In this document: piece after piece, positions 18,947-30,000 of the stretch
Numbering within the stretch: the first letter of the stretch is position 1
Layout: each line of letters starts with the position of its first letter
DNA from: Candidatus Altimarinota bacterium
GTDB lineage: Bacteria > Patescibacteriota > Gracilibacteria > CAIRYL01 > GCA-016699755
NCBI GenBank assembly: GCA_963664295.1
Contig: OY760935.1
Span: forward strand, 256,001 to 320,000
DNA length: 64,000 bases
Reading direction: 5' to 3'
Translations under genes and position numbers: made by a program
The notes under the pieces: model-generated
The model's database searches: none
What the model saw: only the letters and a program-made list of their open reading frames with translations
Told to the model about the DNA's origin: nothing

Positions 18947-19942
18947 TTAAGACAAAAAAGGTACCTTAAACTTAGCTTTATTAGGTTTGCTTAATGTTTT
19001 TTGTGTTGCTGTTGTTGCACATTTTCTGGCGTCAACCATTGCACTTTGTATATTTTCAGGCACTAGTGTTTGTATTATGGCTCTTTTGATATAGCCTATA
19101 TTATATAATAGTTCAAAATGAACCTCTTTTAAGTCAGCTCTTTGCTGAAGAGTTAGAATGTCTAGTTTATCGTCTATTTCATTTCTTAGTAGTTCATAAA
19201 ATCTTTCTCCAGCTATCCTGGCAATAGGTAAAACAAAATTATGCGAATCTATTAGAGTTCTTGCATTGAAGTCTTCTGCGCTTTCGCCGTTTTTTTTGGT
19301 TCCATCTACAGGCAAGCTTCTTAGATTTTGAATTCTGTCTGCTGTTTTTACGCGTGTAGCTTGTATGCGGATTTCAGGAAATTGATTTAGAAGATCATTG
19401 CAATATTGATATAAAAAATCTTGATACTCTTTTGTTGTGCCATTTCTTGGTTTTTTCCCTTTTTTCCTGAGTGCAAGTAATATTTTTGCTATTTTTTCAT
19501 TGTATCTTTGAGCTAGGGCATCAAATGTTGTTATTTCGTTTTGCACAAGGGTAATATCTTTTCTTTCGTGATTTTGGTTTCCTCTTACTAATAATGAATC
19601 TTCGGGACTGTCATGGTGTAAGGCAGATATTAAGGTTTCTGGATTTTTTATTCCTAATTCCAATAAAAGAATTAGCATTACTGCTTTTGGGTGTTGGTAA
19701 TATGGTTCTCCACTATGTCTTAATTTTGGGCCATTATTGCCACAAAAAATTGCCTTTAAGTCATTGTATGCATTCCACAGTCTAACTAAATCATTATTTT
19801 TTAATCCTGCTTTTTGTTCAAGTAGTGCTTGTATTTCTAGTCCACCAAAACAACTGGCTTCAACCATTTCGCCTTCATATATAACAGATTTTGGTTCATC
19901 AATATATACTGGCTTTCTTAGTTTTATCGACGATGGTGGCAT
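18947..19942 (-). CDS. stand-alone RelA/SpoT-type HD hydrolase domain protein
   Basis: RHSGEPYYQHP, SALHHDSPED and VKTADRIQNLRSL match the (p)ppGpp-hydrolase HD domain; no synthetase domain seen. Confidence 0.82.
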   Translation of the reverse strand: MPPSSIKLRKPVYIDEPKSVIYEGEMVEASCFGGLEIQALLEQKAGLKNNDLVRLWNAYNDLKAIFCGNNGPKLRHSGEPYYQHPKAVMLILLLELGIKNPETLISALHHDSPEDSLLVRGNQNHERKDITLVQNEITTFDALAQRYNEKIAKILLALRKKGKKPRNGTTKEYQDFLYQYCNDLLNQFPEIRIQATRVKTADRIQNLRSLPVDGTKKNGESAEDFNARTLIDSHNFVLPIARIAGERFYELLRNEIDDKLDILTLQQRADLKEVHFELLYNIGYIKRAIIQTLVPENIQSAMVDARKCATTATQKTLSKPNKAKFKVPFLS

Positions 19943-20037
19943 TTTTTAGCAAAAGAAAGTGTATAATTATAATTATTTTTAGATAAAAGTCAAGGGTTTT
20001 GCCTATGATACAATATTTTTGATGATATTTAGATGAA

Positions 20038-21099
20038 TTGTTGAAAATTATTGTTGCTGATGTTGTTCCACGGGATTTACCCAAGCCTTCTGCAAAAGAG
20101 CATTTTGCAGAGCTTGTTCGTTTGATCGAGACCCTTGGCGGAATGACTGTTGTGAAAATTATTCAAAAAAGAGGACGACCAAGCGGAAAAACTTATTTAG
20201 GAACCGGAAAAGCAGAGGAAATTGGTAAAATGGCAAAAGAGCTCAAAGCAGATGCAGTAGTGATAAATGCAATCTTGAAAGGAAGTCAGCTTTTTGAGCT
20301 TACTCAGCGAATTCCAATTGTAATTTGGGATCGAGTTGATTTGATTTTGCGTATTTTTGATCGTCATGCCAGCACATCAGAGGCAAAATTGCAGATAAAA
20401 AGAGCACAACTTGAATATGATATTCCAAAAATTTACGGACGAGCATCAACTACTCTCTTTGAAAGAGAGAGGGGAGGGGGAGTGACTCAGCGTGGTGCGG
20501 GTGAGCGGGGAATTGAAATTGAAAAACGTCATATTCGCAGGCAGATTAAAATGATTGATAAAAAACTAGATACAATTAAAAAAAGCAGAGCGAGCCAAAG
20601 AAAACACAGAAAAAGAAATAATTTGCCCACCATTGCCCTTGTTGGTTATACAAATTCAGGTAAATCTACTTTACTTCGAGCTTTGACTGGCAAAAAAGTT
20701 TTGGTTGAGGATAAGCTTTTTTCTACTTTGGACACTCGTTTAGGTGCTTTGTATCTTCAAAAAAGTCAGAGAAAAACTCTTTTAGCTGATACTATTGGTT
20801 TTATTGAAAATTTACCGCCTATGCTAATTGCTTCTTTTATGGCTACTTTAGAGGAAGCGAAATATGCAGATCTTCTTTTGCATATTTATGATGCAAGTGA
20901 CAAAAAAGCAAGCAAAAAGAGACAAGTTGTGCGAAAAATACTCAAAGACATGGGAATTGCCGACAAGCCCACTTTATTGGTGGCAAATAAAATAGATTTA
21001 TTAAAAAAAGATGAACAAGTAGAAAAAGGCTTGCCTATATCCGCAGAGAAGAAATTAGGTTTGGAAAATTTAATCACAGAAATTGAGAAGAAAATTTAG
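20038..21099 (+). CDS. hflX: GTPase HflX
   Basis: YLGTGKAEE, DRVDLILRIF, EAKLQ, VGYTNSGKST, LFSTLDT, DTIGFI, NKID. Confidence 0.97.
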   Translation: MLKIIVADVVPRDLPKPSAKEHFAELVRLIETLGGMTVVKIIQKRGRPSGKTYLGTGKAEEIGKMAKELKADAVVINAILKGSQLFELTQRIPIVIWDRVDLILRIFDRHASTSEAKLQIKRAQLEYDIPKIYGRASTTLFERERGGGVTQRGAGERGIEIEKRHIRRQIKMIDKKLDTIKKSRASQRKHRKRNNLPTIALVGYTNSGKSTLLRALTGKKVLVEDKLFSTLDTRLGALYLQKSQRKTLLADTIGFIENLPPMLIASFMATLEEAKYADLLLHIYDASDKKASKKRQVVRKILKDMGIADKPTLLVANKIDLLKKDEQVEKGLPISAEKKLGLENLITEIEKKI

Positions 21100-21117
21100 T
21101 TGTGCCATAATCTTTTT

Positions 21118-23166
21118 GTGAAAAAAATTAAATTATCCGAAAAACTTGAGCAGGTCTTATCAACTACAAAAAACCGAATTGAACTTTTGCATGAAATTGG
21201 TGTTTTTGCTGTAAAAGATTTTCTTGGTCTTTATCCGCGTACACATGAAATGCAAAATACTGCAGAAATATCCTCAGATATTAGATTAGATCAAAAAAAT
21301 ATTCTCAAGGGTGAATTTAGTAATGTCACAAGTTCACGAGGAAAAAGCAGAATACTAGTGACAAAAGCTATTTTTACTACACCAAAAGGGGAGAGTTTTG
21401 AGTGTGTTTGGTTTAATCAGCCACATATAAAAAAAATGCTCCCTGTTGGGCGTATGCTTGTTGTTTCTACTAAAGCAAAATCAGCATATGGAAAAATAAC
21501 TCTTCAAAATCCCAGTTTTACGGATCAGGAAATAAACTCAGGCGAGATAACTCCTGTTTATCGTGAGCATGGCAAGCTTTCTGCGGATTGGTTTCGCAAA
21601 AAAATGTTTCATTTGATTGATATTGTTGAAGATTTTCCTGAAATTATTCCAGAAAAAATTCGTAAAGAAGAAAATTTAATACCTAAAAATGAGGCAATTC
21701 AGATAATTCATTTTCCAAAAAACGAAGAAGAGCTAAAAAAAGCCAAAAAAGCACTAGCATTTGAGGAATTATTTGTTTTGCAGTTGGCTGGTATTTTGCG
21801 TAAAAAAAAGTGGCAATCAGAAACAAGTGGAAAATCAAAAAAAATTCCTCTTGATCCGGATTTGCAAAAACAATTTTTTAAAACACTGCCTTTTGAGCTT
21901 ACTGGTGGGCAAAAAGTTGCATTATTTGAAATATTAAAAGATTTTGAGGGTGATTATCCTGCTCTCCGCCTTTTGGAGGGTGATGTTGGTTCTGGTAAAA
22001 CTGTAGTTGCTGTTGGTGCCAGCTTGCCTATTTTAAAGCAAAAAATGCAAGTAGCCTTTCTTGCGCCAACGGAAGTTTTGGCAAATCAGCACTACAAAAG
22101 TATTTCTAAACTTTTGGAAAAATTTAATCCTGAAATCAAAACAGAATTATTAACAGGAGCAATAAAAGGCAAAAAAAGAGAAGAAATTTTAGAAGGCATT
22201 AGAAAAGGTAGTATTCAAGCGCTTGTTGGCACGCATGCTTTAATTCAGGAGTCAGTTATTTGGCACAATCTTGGCTTTTGTGTAATTGATGAACAGCATC
22301 GTTTTGGTGTGGAGCAAAGGTCTCATTTGCTTAAGCAGGGTTATCCCCATGTTTTGCAAATGACAGCAACGCCAATTCCTCGTACTTTGGCTATTGTTGC
22401 TTTTGGTGATCAGGATTTATCTGTTATTTCCGAGCTTCCTTCTGGAAGAAAGCCAATAATCACCAAAGTTGTTGCTAATTCTGCACGCAGTCAGACAGAA
22501 CTTTTTATTGAAAGTGAGATTAAAAAAGGCAGACAAGGTTTTGTGATTTGCCCTTTAGTTGAAGGTTCGGATAATATTCAAGCAAAGGCTGTCACAGAAG
22601 AATTTGAAAGATTAAAAAAAGATGTTTTTCCGAATTTGAGATTAGCTCTTTTGCATGGACGCATGAAATCTAAAGAAAAAAAAGAAATAATGGAGGCATT
22701 TTCTGCTGGTGAATATGATATTTTAGTTTCCACTGCTGTGGTTGAAGTTGGAGTTGATGTGCCTAATGCTACTTTGATGCTTATTGAGGGCGCAGAAAGA
22801 TTTGGATTAGCACAGTTGCATCAGTTTCGAGGTCGTGTTGGGAGAGGGGAGTATCAGAGTTATTGTTTTTTGTTTCCAACAGATGATATGGGCATAACAC
22901 AGCGCTTGCGAGCAATGGAGCAATATGATGATGGATTTCGTTTAGCAGAAATTGATTTGCATTTGCGTGGGCCAGGGGAGGTTTTTGGTATTCGACAAAG
23001 TGGTATTCCAGATTTAAAAATGGCTTCTTTGTTTGATGCTAGGATTATTTCTTCGGCCAGGAAACAAGCTGAAGAATATGCCAATAATGTTGCTTATGAT
23101 GATTTTTCTTTTGCTTTACAAAAAGAATTAAAAAATAAAGAAAAAGATGATATTGAAAGGGCTTAG
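21118..23166 (+). CDS. recG: ATP-dependent DNA helicase RecG
   Basis: GDVGSGKT, APTEVLA, DEQHRFGVEQR, MTATPIPRTL, QLHQFRGRVGRG, RGPGE; GTG 21118 chosen as start (track starts at 21100). Confidence 0.97.
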   Translation: MKKIKLSEKLEQVLSTTKNRIELLHEIGVFAVKDFLGLYPRTHEMQNTAEISSDIRLDQKNILKGEFSNVTSSRGKSRILVTKAIFTTPKGESFECVWFNQPHIKKMLPVGRMLVVSTKAKSAYGKITLQNPSFTDQEINSGEITPVYREHGKLSADWFRKKMFHLIDIVEDFPEIIPEKIRKEENLIPKNEAIQIIHFPKNEEELKKAKKALAFEELFVLQLAGILRKKKWQSETSGKSKKIPLDPDLQKQFFKTLPFELTGGQKVALFEILKDFEGDYPALRLLEGDVGSGKTVVAVGASLPILKQKMQVAFLAPTEVLANQHYKSISKLLEKFNPEIKTELLTGAIKGKKREEILEGIRKGSIQALVGTHALIQESVIWHNLGFCVIDEQHRFGVEQRSHLLKQGYPHVLQMTATPIPRTLAIVAFGDQDLSVISELPSGRKPIITKVVANSARSQTELFIESEIKKGRQGFVICPLVEGSDNIQAKAVTEEFERLKKDVFPNLRLALLHGRMKSKEKKEIMEAFSAGEYDILVSTAVVEVGVDVPNATLMLIEGAERFGLAQLHQFRGRVGRGEYQSYCFLFPTDDMGITQRLRAMEQYDDGFRLAEIDLHLRGPGEVFGIRQSGIPDLKMASLFDARIISSARKQAEEYANNVAYDDFSFALQKELKNKEKDDIERA

Positions 23167-23327
23167 GTTGTATAAAAAATTTGTACAATAATTTTTGTTA
23201 TAAAAATAATTATTTTGTGTCTTTTTGTTGCTTTTTCCTTATTTTAAGATTTTTTTGTTTTATATTTCTTTGTTTGTCATAAATATCCGGATATCCGAAG
23301 AGAGCTTGCTCCTCAGGGGTGCCTTTT

Positions 23328-23582
23328 TCTGAACGAGCGTAGCGAAGTGAAGGATCTCCCGCAAGCATTATTACTTGATTACCAAGGCAGGACTTGCACG
23401 AGTGGACAAGGAGATTCTTCGCTCCATTTCATTACGCTCAGAATGACAGCAAGGGTGTGTTTTTTGCTCACAATGACACCTCTTGCCTCCCGAGATTGCG
23501 GATCAAGTCCGCAATGACAAGATAGGACCTGAGCGCATGGACAAGGAGATTCTTCGCTCCATTTCATTACGCTCAGAATGAC
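23328..23582. repeat. array of REP-like palindromic repeats
   Basis: gagattcttcgctccatttcattacgctcagaatgac twice; gagattgcggatcaagtccgcaatgac. Confidence 0.9.
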
Positions 23583-23598
23583 AGAAAAAAGGGTGCCT

Positions 23599-24324
23599 TT
23601 ATTTTTTCTTTAGCAAATATCCCTTAATAAAAATTCCAATCAATATCACGAAAAAAGAAACAATAAGTCCATAAAAAATAGTATTATTTTTTTGTGTACT
23701 ACTTTCTGTTTCTATGGGCGTAGTTTCTTCTTCTTGTTTTATTGTTGGTGGACTATTTTCATCAAGTTCTAAGTCAATTATTAAAAATTCATCTCCCTGA
23801 ACTTCTATTTCTTTTTTTTCTATACCCTCGCCAGAAATTATTATCTTTGCAGATTTTGGCACGCTATTAAAAGAAAAGTAGCCACTTTGGTCGGTGTAAG
23901 TTTTTTCTAATATTCTTTCGTCTTTGTCGATTAACTTAAGCAAAGCATTTTTTATTGGTATTTTTTTTGCCAGTACTTGACCTTTTGTTTGTGTTCCAGG
24001 GTTTATTGTTAAATTTCCTGCATCAATTTTTTCATTAAAATAATTATAAACTTCTATTTTTAGTTCATGGCTTTGTTTAGGTGAAAGAGAATTAACACTA
24101 AAGATAAAATAGCCTTTTTCATCAGTATTTACGCTTGAGAGTAGGTTTTTTTCCTGAAAAAGTTTCATTTTTGCGTATGGCTGATGAAAACCTTGTATTT
24201 TTAGTTCTTCATTTTGCCAAAAATAAAACAAATCCCGCCTTTCTTCTTGTTGAGAATAGTGCTCATAAGCCTGTGTTAAAGGTAAAAAAATCAATAAGCC
24301 GATTATGAGAAATAATTTTTTCAT
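23599..24324 (-). CDS. exported beta-sandwich (carboxypeptidase-regulatory-like) protein with C-terminal membrane anchor
   Basis: Signal peptide, TDEKGYF and TDQSGYFSF motifs, C-terminal TM followed by KKK. Confidence 0.65.
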   Translation of the reverse strand: MKKLFLIIGLLIFLPLTQAYEHYSQQEERRDLFYFWQNEELKIQGFHQPYAKMKLFQEKNLLSSVNTDEKGYFIFSVNSLSPKQSHELKIEVYNYFNEKIDAGNLTINPGTQTKGQVLAKKIPIKNALLKLIDKDERILEKTYTDQSGYFSFNSVPKSAKIIISGEGIEKKEIEVQGDEFLIIDLELDENSPPTIKQEEETTPIETESSTQKNNTIFYGLIVSFFVILIGIFIKGYLLKKK

Positions 24325-26138
24325 TGCAGATTTATTGCTTCTAATATTGGTGCGGAAACTGGTTGATTGTTTACAAGGTAATCACCATTTTCTACAAAAA
24401 AGTAAAATTTGCCTTGTTGATTAGCTTTTGTTGTTTTGATGACTTTTTCTTCTGTGTTTTTGAGGGTTATTGTGCTGTTTACTTCTGCGTAGCCAAATAT
24501 TGAAGGCATAATAGCAATATCTTTGTGCACATTATCTCCTCTTATTTTTAATTGTTCTGATTGATAAAGATGGGTGTATGGACCTGTTTCTGTTGGTTTG
24601 TTTAATATGCCTCCTGTTATTTCTGGTTCTAAGATGTAAATTCCTTGAGGTACAGAAAATGAATAAAATCCATCTTGATTTGTGCTTTGTTGATAAATTA
24701 TTTCTTCATTGCTATTTGATTTACCAATGCAGTTAATCACTGCTTTTTTGATTGGCATTAGCGTCCAAGCATTAAAAATAGTGCCAAATGGCTCACTTTC
24801 ACTTCTGTAAAAACTTCCTTTTGTATATATGAGTGGATTTATATTGTTTTCTTCTGCTTTTTTATTGCTTATTAAATAAAATCCAGTGCTTGATTTTTGG
24901 TTAATTTTATTTTCATAAACAGCAACAATAGAATGAATATAAGAGAGAGGATTTAGTTTTAATATATTTATTGCTGGCAGAGTGAATTCACCATTTTTAT
25001 CGCTTATCACTATTGTTTCTTTGATTTCTTTTTCTATTTTTATTTGTGAAAACCCTGGATAGATCACTTCTTGATTTTTGATAAAAATTTCATTTCCACC
25101 TTGGGGATTTTTTGACCCTATTATGTAGCCATTTTCGTCTATTAGTTTTTTTTCTGTATCTATTCTTTGAATTTCAAAAAGAGAAATATGAAGATTTTCT
25201 GTGCTAGAAAATGGCTTTTTTGTGCCATTTTCATCAATCCAGAAAAAATCTTGAAAAGACAAAGTTATTTTATTGTTATGTGGATCATTTATGTTTATGT
25301 CAATTTTTCGAGATATATTTTCATCTCTTTGCACACCTATGTTGTATAAATAAGGTAGTTCACTATCTTTTTCTATGTTGTACCAAATTTCATAGTGCTC
25401 AAAATCATCAAGTAATACTTCTTGGTCAAAATTTAAAGGCTCTACTGTTGTTTTTGGAGCAAAGTCTGCACAAGAGGGTGGTTGGCAAGGGAGTTGACCT
25501 TGTTCAGTTTCGCTTAAAATTGGTTCTTTTTTAAAAAATAGTTTGTATTTATATATTCCTTTTATGCTTCCAGGGCTTATTGATGGCTTGCTTGTGGTGT
25601 TTGGTGCCGATCCTGAGTTGTATTCTGCTTTGATAATCTCAGTTTCTTGGTTATTGTTATATCCTTGCCAATAAAGAGTGCAATTATAATTAATTTTGCA
25701 TTCACGATAAAATTTTTCATTTTCTTCCGTAGTGCATTCTGTTTTATAAGAAAGCTCATCAGGGCAAAATGATGCTGTTATATCTGGTAGAGTAAAATAC
25801 TCATGTCTTTCTATTACTTGCAAATTATCTTGAAATATTTCTCTTTTTTGCCAGTTTAAGTTTATTTGTTTTGTTTCTTTGTTTATTTCTGCGGAAAAGT
25901 TTTTAATTAACTCAGGAATAATTGTATAAACAGATATTTTATTTGTTGTTTGTGGTTTTGATATGCCCTTTATTTCAAAAATAACATCATTTTCTAATAA
26001 ATGATTGTCTGCCAGCTTGCTTTTGGAGATTATTTCTCCGTAATCAGGTTCTATTATTTGGGCATAAAAATTTTCAGCCAAGACCAAAGAAGCTCCTAGA
26101 AATAAACAAAAACTAAAAATTATGATTTTTATTTTCAT
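24321..26138 (-). CDS. exported protein with carboxypeptidase-regulatory-like domains
   Basis: Signal peptide; SDKNGEF, TNQDGFYSFSVPQGIY and ANQQGKFYF motifs. Confidence 0.65.
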   Translation of the reverse strand: MKIKIIIFSFCLFLGASLVLAENFYAQIIEPDYGEIISKSKLADNHLLENDVIFEIKGISKPQTTNKISVYTIIPELIKNFSAEINKETKQINLNWQKREIFQDNLQVIERHEYFTLPDITASFCPDELSYKTECTTEENEKFYRECKINYNCTLYWQGYNNNQETEIIKAEYNSGSAPNTTSKPSISPGSIKGIYKYKLFFKKEPILSETEQGQLPCQPPSCADFAPKTTVEPLNFDQEVLLDDFEHYEIWYNIEKDSELPYLYNIGVQRDENISRKIDININDPHNNKITLSFQDFFWIDENGTKKPFSSTENLHISLFEIQRIDTEKKLIDENGYIIGSKNPQGGNEIFIKNQEVIYPGFSQIKIEKEIKETIVISDKNGEFTLPAINILKLNPLSYIHSIVAVYENKINQKSSTGFYLISNKKAEENNINPLIYTKGSFYRSESEPFGTIFNAWTLMPIKKAVINCIGKSNSNEEIIYQQSTNQDGFYSFSVPQGIYILEPEITGGILNKPTETGPYTHLYQSEQLKIRGDNVHKDIAIMPSIFGYAEVNSTITLKNTEEKVIKTTKANQQGKFYFFVENGDYLVNNQPVSAPILEAINLQ

Positions 26139-26698
26139 TAAGACAGAGGATTGATAACAAAGCGGAAAATAGCAAAAGCACTAATGGTAGTTATTAAGCC
26201 AATAATTGCAAAAAAAGCACCTTTTTTTGCTTTATCAAGCTTATCTGTGTCATCACCAGAAAACATCATAATATAGCCATTATATACAAGTGCCAATACT
26301 GCTATTGCACCAACAGAGCCTAATAAAAGAGAGATGATATTATCTATTACCAATGTTGTATCGTTTATTGTTGGGCTTTCTATTTGATCAGTTGGTTTTT
26401 TGAGAAATCGGATCAAAACAGCAGACACAGAAACTAAGATAGATGCTATTAATGAGCCTTTAATAACACTTTTTCCTATGTTTATGTTTTTTTCATCGTT
26501 ACCACCAAACATCATAATAATACCGCCAATTATTATCATTAAAACTGATATGCCAAAGATAATCTGGGAGCCAATTTCCCAAATATTAGATACATATTCG
26601 CCAAAATTATCCACATTACCAACTTCAGTGTCATCTGCATAAGCAGGTAATGCAGAAAATATAAAAAGAAAAATACTTATTAAGAGTTTCATGTTCAT
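26138..26698 (-). CDS. TrbC/VirB2-like pilin with two tandem pilin units
   Basis: Signal peptide AYA, then two copies of TM-(IIGGI/VYNGY)-M..G.D.....K/AK...-TM, as in CPR pilins. Confidence 0.75.
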   Translation of the reverse strand: MNMKLLISIFLFIFSALPAYADDTEVGNVDNFGEYVSNIWEIGSQIIFGISVLMIIIGGIIMMFGGNDEKNINIGKSVIKGSLIASILVSVSAVLIRFLKKPTDQIESPTINDTTLVIDNIISLLLGSVGAIAVLALVYNGYIMMFSGDDTDKLDKAKKGAFFAIIGLITTISAFAIFRFVINPLS

Positions 26699-26850
26699 TT
26701 TAATTTAATTTTATTTTGCCATAATTTACAATACTGCAAAAGGGAAAAACAGGCTTAAAAACAATAATATTTTTTTGAAATATTTTTACAAAAAAGTCAA
26801 AATATGATACTTAAAAACTGTTAATTTTAAAGTTTTTTCAAAAATTTCTC

Positions 26851-26878
26851 TTGACAAATATTTTGTTTTTTGTAAAAT
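26851..26878 (+). promoter_or_regulatory. sigma70 promoter
   Basis: TTGACA, 16 nt, TAAAAT; shares ctcttgacaaata with the promoters at 9143 and 13677. Confidence 0.65.
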
Positions 26879-27063
26879 AATCTCCTAAATTGCCAGAAAA
26901 GACCTTTAATAAAACAATTTTAATAAAAAGTTATTTGTGTTTATTTACTATTGATATTCTTGCAAAAAGAATAAGTAAAGCGCATAAATAAACATGGATT
27001 AAAGTCCTTTATAACAATTAATTACTATATTATTTATATTTTTTTCACCTTTTTTCATTTCTT

Positions 27064-30000
27064 ATGAAAAATTTCTTCAAAAGACTTGCCTACAAAAAAT
27101 CTCCTAATACGGCAACCTTACCTCGTGAGCTTGATCTCACAAATCTTAGAAAAAATAATCCTGTCTATAACACTATGGACAAGATGCGTAATTCTAAGTT
27201 GATGCGTAAGCTTTTCGGCCTTACAACAGCCACAGTTGCTCTTATGGGAGTTTCTGGTTGTAATTGGGGTGAAAAGGATGACGTTCCAGCACCAGGTAAT
27301 AGTGGTGATGTGCCAAATCCAGGTGGTGACACGCCAGATCAAGTGGTCAAAGGTGCTATTCAACAAGAATTTGTTAATCCTGATGGAGTTGAGCTTCATC
27401 CAGATGGATTGAATTTAAAAAATATTGTTTATCAATCTAATGATGTAGTAGATGGAGGTGAAGAGGAGCAAAGAAGGTCAGAAGAGGCAAAAGCAGATGA
27501 TATTCATCCTGGTTATAATGGCCCTTTGACTGTTCAAAATAATGAATGTGTTGATGTTTTGATCTTAGGTGAAGAAGTAGCAGGATTAGAATCAGGTGAA
27601 TTCCTTGTAGAAATGCAAGATGGCACTATGCATCAAGTTTCTGTTGATATCAATTATAATGAACAAACAGGTCAAGCCCGCTTGGAAGTTCAGGATTTTA
27701 TTGATGAATATAATCTTGATAACCCAGGAAATGAAATTGATGCTAATCAGATAGAAACCTTAACAACAAATATTGAAGGAACTTTAGACATTATCCTTTC
27801 TTCTTCTGCAGGTGTTAGCTATAACGAAGCAACAGGTAATGTTGAATTTGGTGAAAAAAGTGCAGAATTTGATGAAGGTAAAATTACACAAGAATGCACA
27901 TTTACTAATGGCATGACAGTTAAAGTTAAATTAACTCAATTAGACACTGATGGAGATGGTGTGGGTAATCTTGGAGATTCATTACCAGAAGGCGTTGCTG
28001 TTTTAGGCAGTGTTGTAGATGGTCAAGACTCAACAATGCAATTTGCTGTTGGTAGTCGTAATGGTGAAAATCTTCTTCCTGCGCAAGTTGATGCCAAAAT
28101 AGTTTGGTATGATGCTGATGGCAATGAAACAGGTGAAGATTTAATTCCTTATCAATTACAAACAAGCGCAATTCATAATATTGATTTCCAAGGTCCTAAT
28201 ACAGGATTTGTAGCTGGCAAGCTTGTGCTTTTAGACAATGGCGCAGAAGTTGGCTCAGAAGAATTTAATATTTGGGTTGATGGTGATATTGATGGTGATG
28301 GTATAGGTGATGCAGAAGACTATGCAAACACTGCACCAACAGTGCCTGCTGGCTCAGTTGGTTTAAATGAAAATTTCAATGTCAATCACACAATCAACAC
28401 TCCAGAAGGTTCAGCGCCAGCAAGTTATGTGATTATTAGTGATTCTCTTACTGGTGAAACATGGCAATTTGCTGTTCAAGAGGGTGCAAATCAGTTCCCA
28501 ATTAGCCTAGATACTCCAGGAAGCCATACATTAACAGTAAATACCTATGACGAAGATGGAAACTTACTAGATAGCGTAAATGCAAATAGCCAAGTTAATG
28601 CCTTTAATGATAATGATGCAGACGGAGTACCTGATCATCTTGATTACAACACCACACCATTAACAGTAAATGGTCCTGTTGTGCAGGGTGTAGGGTTTGA
28701 TCTTCCTTTAGATCTCGATCTTACCGCTGGTGGATCGCCTGTAGATAGCGGTGTTATCACAGTTCTCAAAAATGGCGTGCCAACAGGAGAAATATACAAC
28801 ATTGCAGGACTAATAGACGGGCCAGATACATTGCAAGATTTAATCTTACAAACAACAGGTGATGATATCAGCTTGCAACTAGAATTATTTGCTGGTGGTG
28901 TTAATGTTGATACAAAAGTTTCAAACACATTCACAGTCCTCGAAGACGCAGACGGTGATGGCAATCCAAATACTACAGATATTCTCACAGGAGACATCAC
29001 AGTGACAGGTAATGGACTAGAAGATCAACCATTTACAGTCTCTCTTGATGTAAATACTACCAATTTCCCACAAGCAAAATTTGTTCAATTTGATTTCTCA
29101 AATGGATCAGATTCAATAATACTACCTGTCACAGACGGACCTGATTTTTCAGTTGTTGCCAATATGCCAGGTATGACAAACATCACAGTGAGCTATCTTG
29201 ATGAAAATGGTTTTGCTATCAAAGACGGAGACGATCAGATTATCACTCACCAAGTTGATAATGTAGATATTGGTGCTGAATATTTCCCAAATGGCATTCC
29301 TGCTCCGCAAAATGCTGTTCAGGGTCAAGAAGTTGACATGACAGGATTGTTTGAAATATCACATTCAGCTGATGTTAGCTACTTAAAAGTCACTTTCTCA
29401 AACGGTGCATCAGAAGTTACTATCAACAACCTTGCTGACTTGAAATTTGTTATTGATAAATTTGGCACAGGTATAACAATGACTATTACTGCTTATGATG
29501 CTAGTGATAATGCTTTGGATAGCGCAACAACTCCAGCATTTGATGTTTCTGAGCAAGACACTGACGGAGATGGAGTTGTGGATTCTGCTGATTTGGTGAA
29601 AGATGGTGCGACTACTAGTCCGGATATGGTTCAGCCTGGAAGTTTTGCAACCACAACATTTACCTATACAGGTGATCAAGAGATGATTGCAGTAATGAGG
29701 CAAAATGTATCTTTCCGCAATAATACCATTAGTCCTGATTTACACCCTTTGCAGTGGCAAGCTGCTTTAGCTCAAGGAGATGGTTTATATTATGAAACAT
29801 TAGGTAATATACAACCAGGTGAGACAATGAATGTTTATCATTTTGGTGATGCAAATTGGCATAATGTTGAGATACTTTTTTATCCTGCAAGTAGCCCTGT
29901 TGATGCCAATGGTGTGCCAACTGGAGATCCTTCATTTATAGAAGATGCAGGAGCTTATTTTGAAATAGAAACTGGTGTAAATGATACAGACACTGACGGA

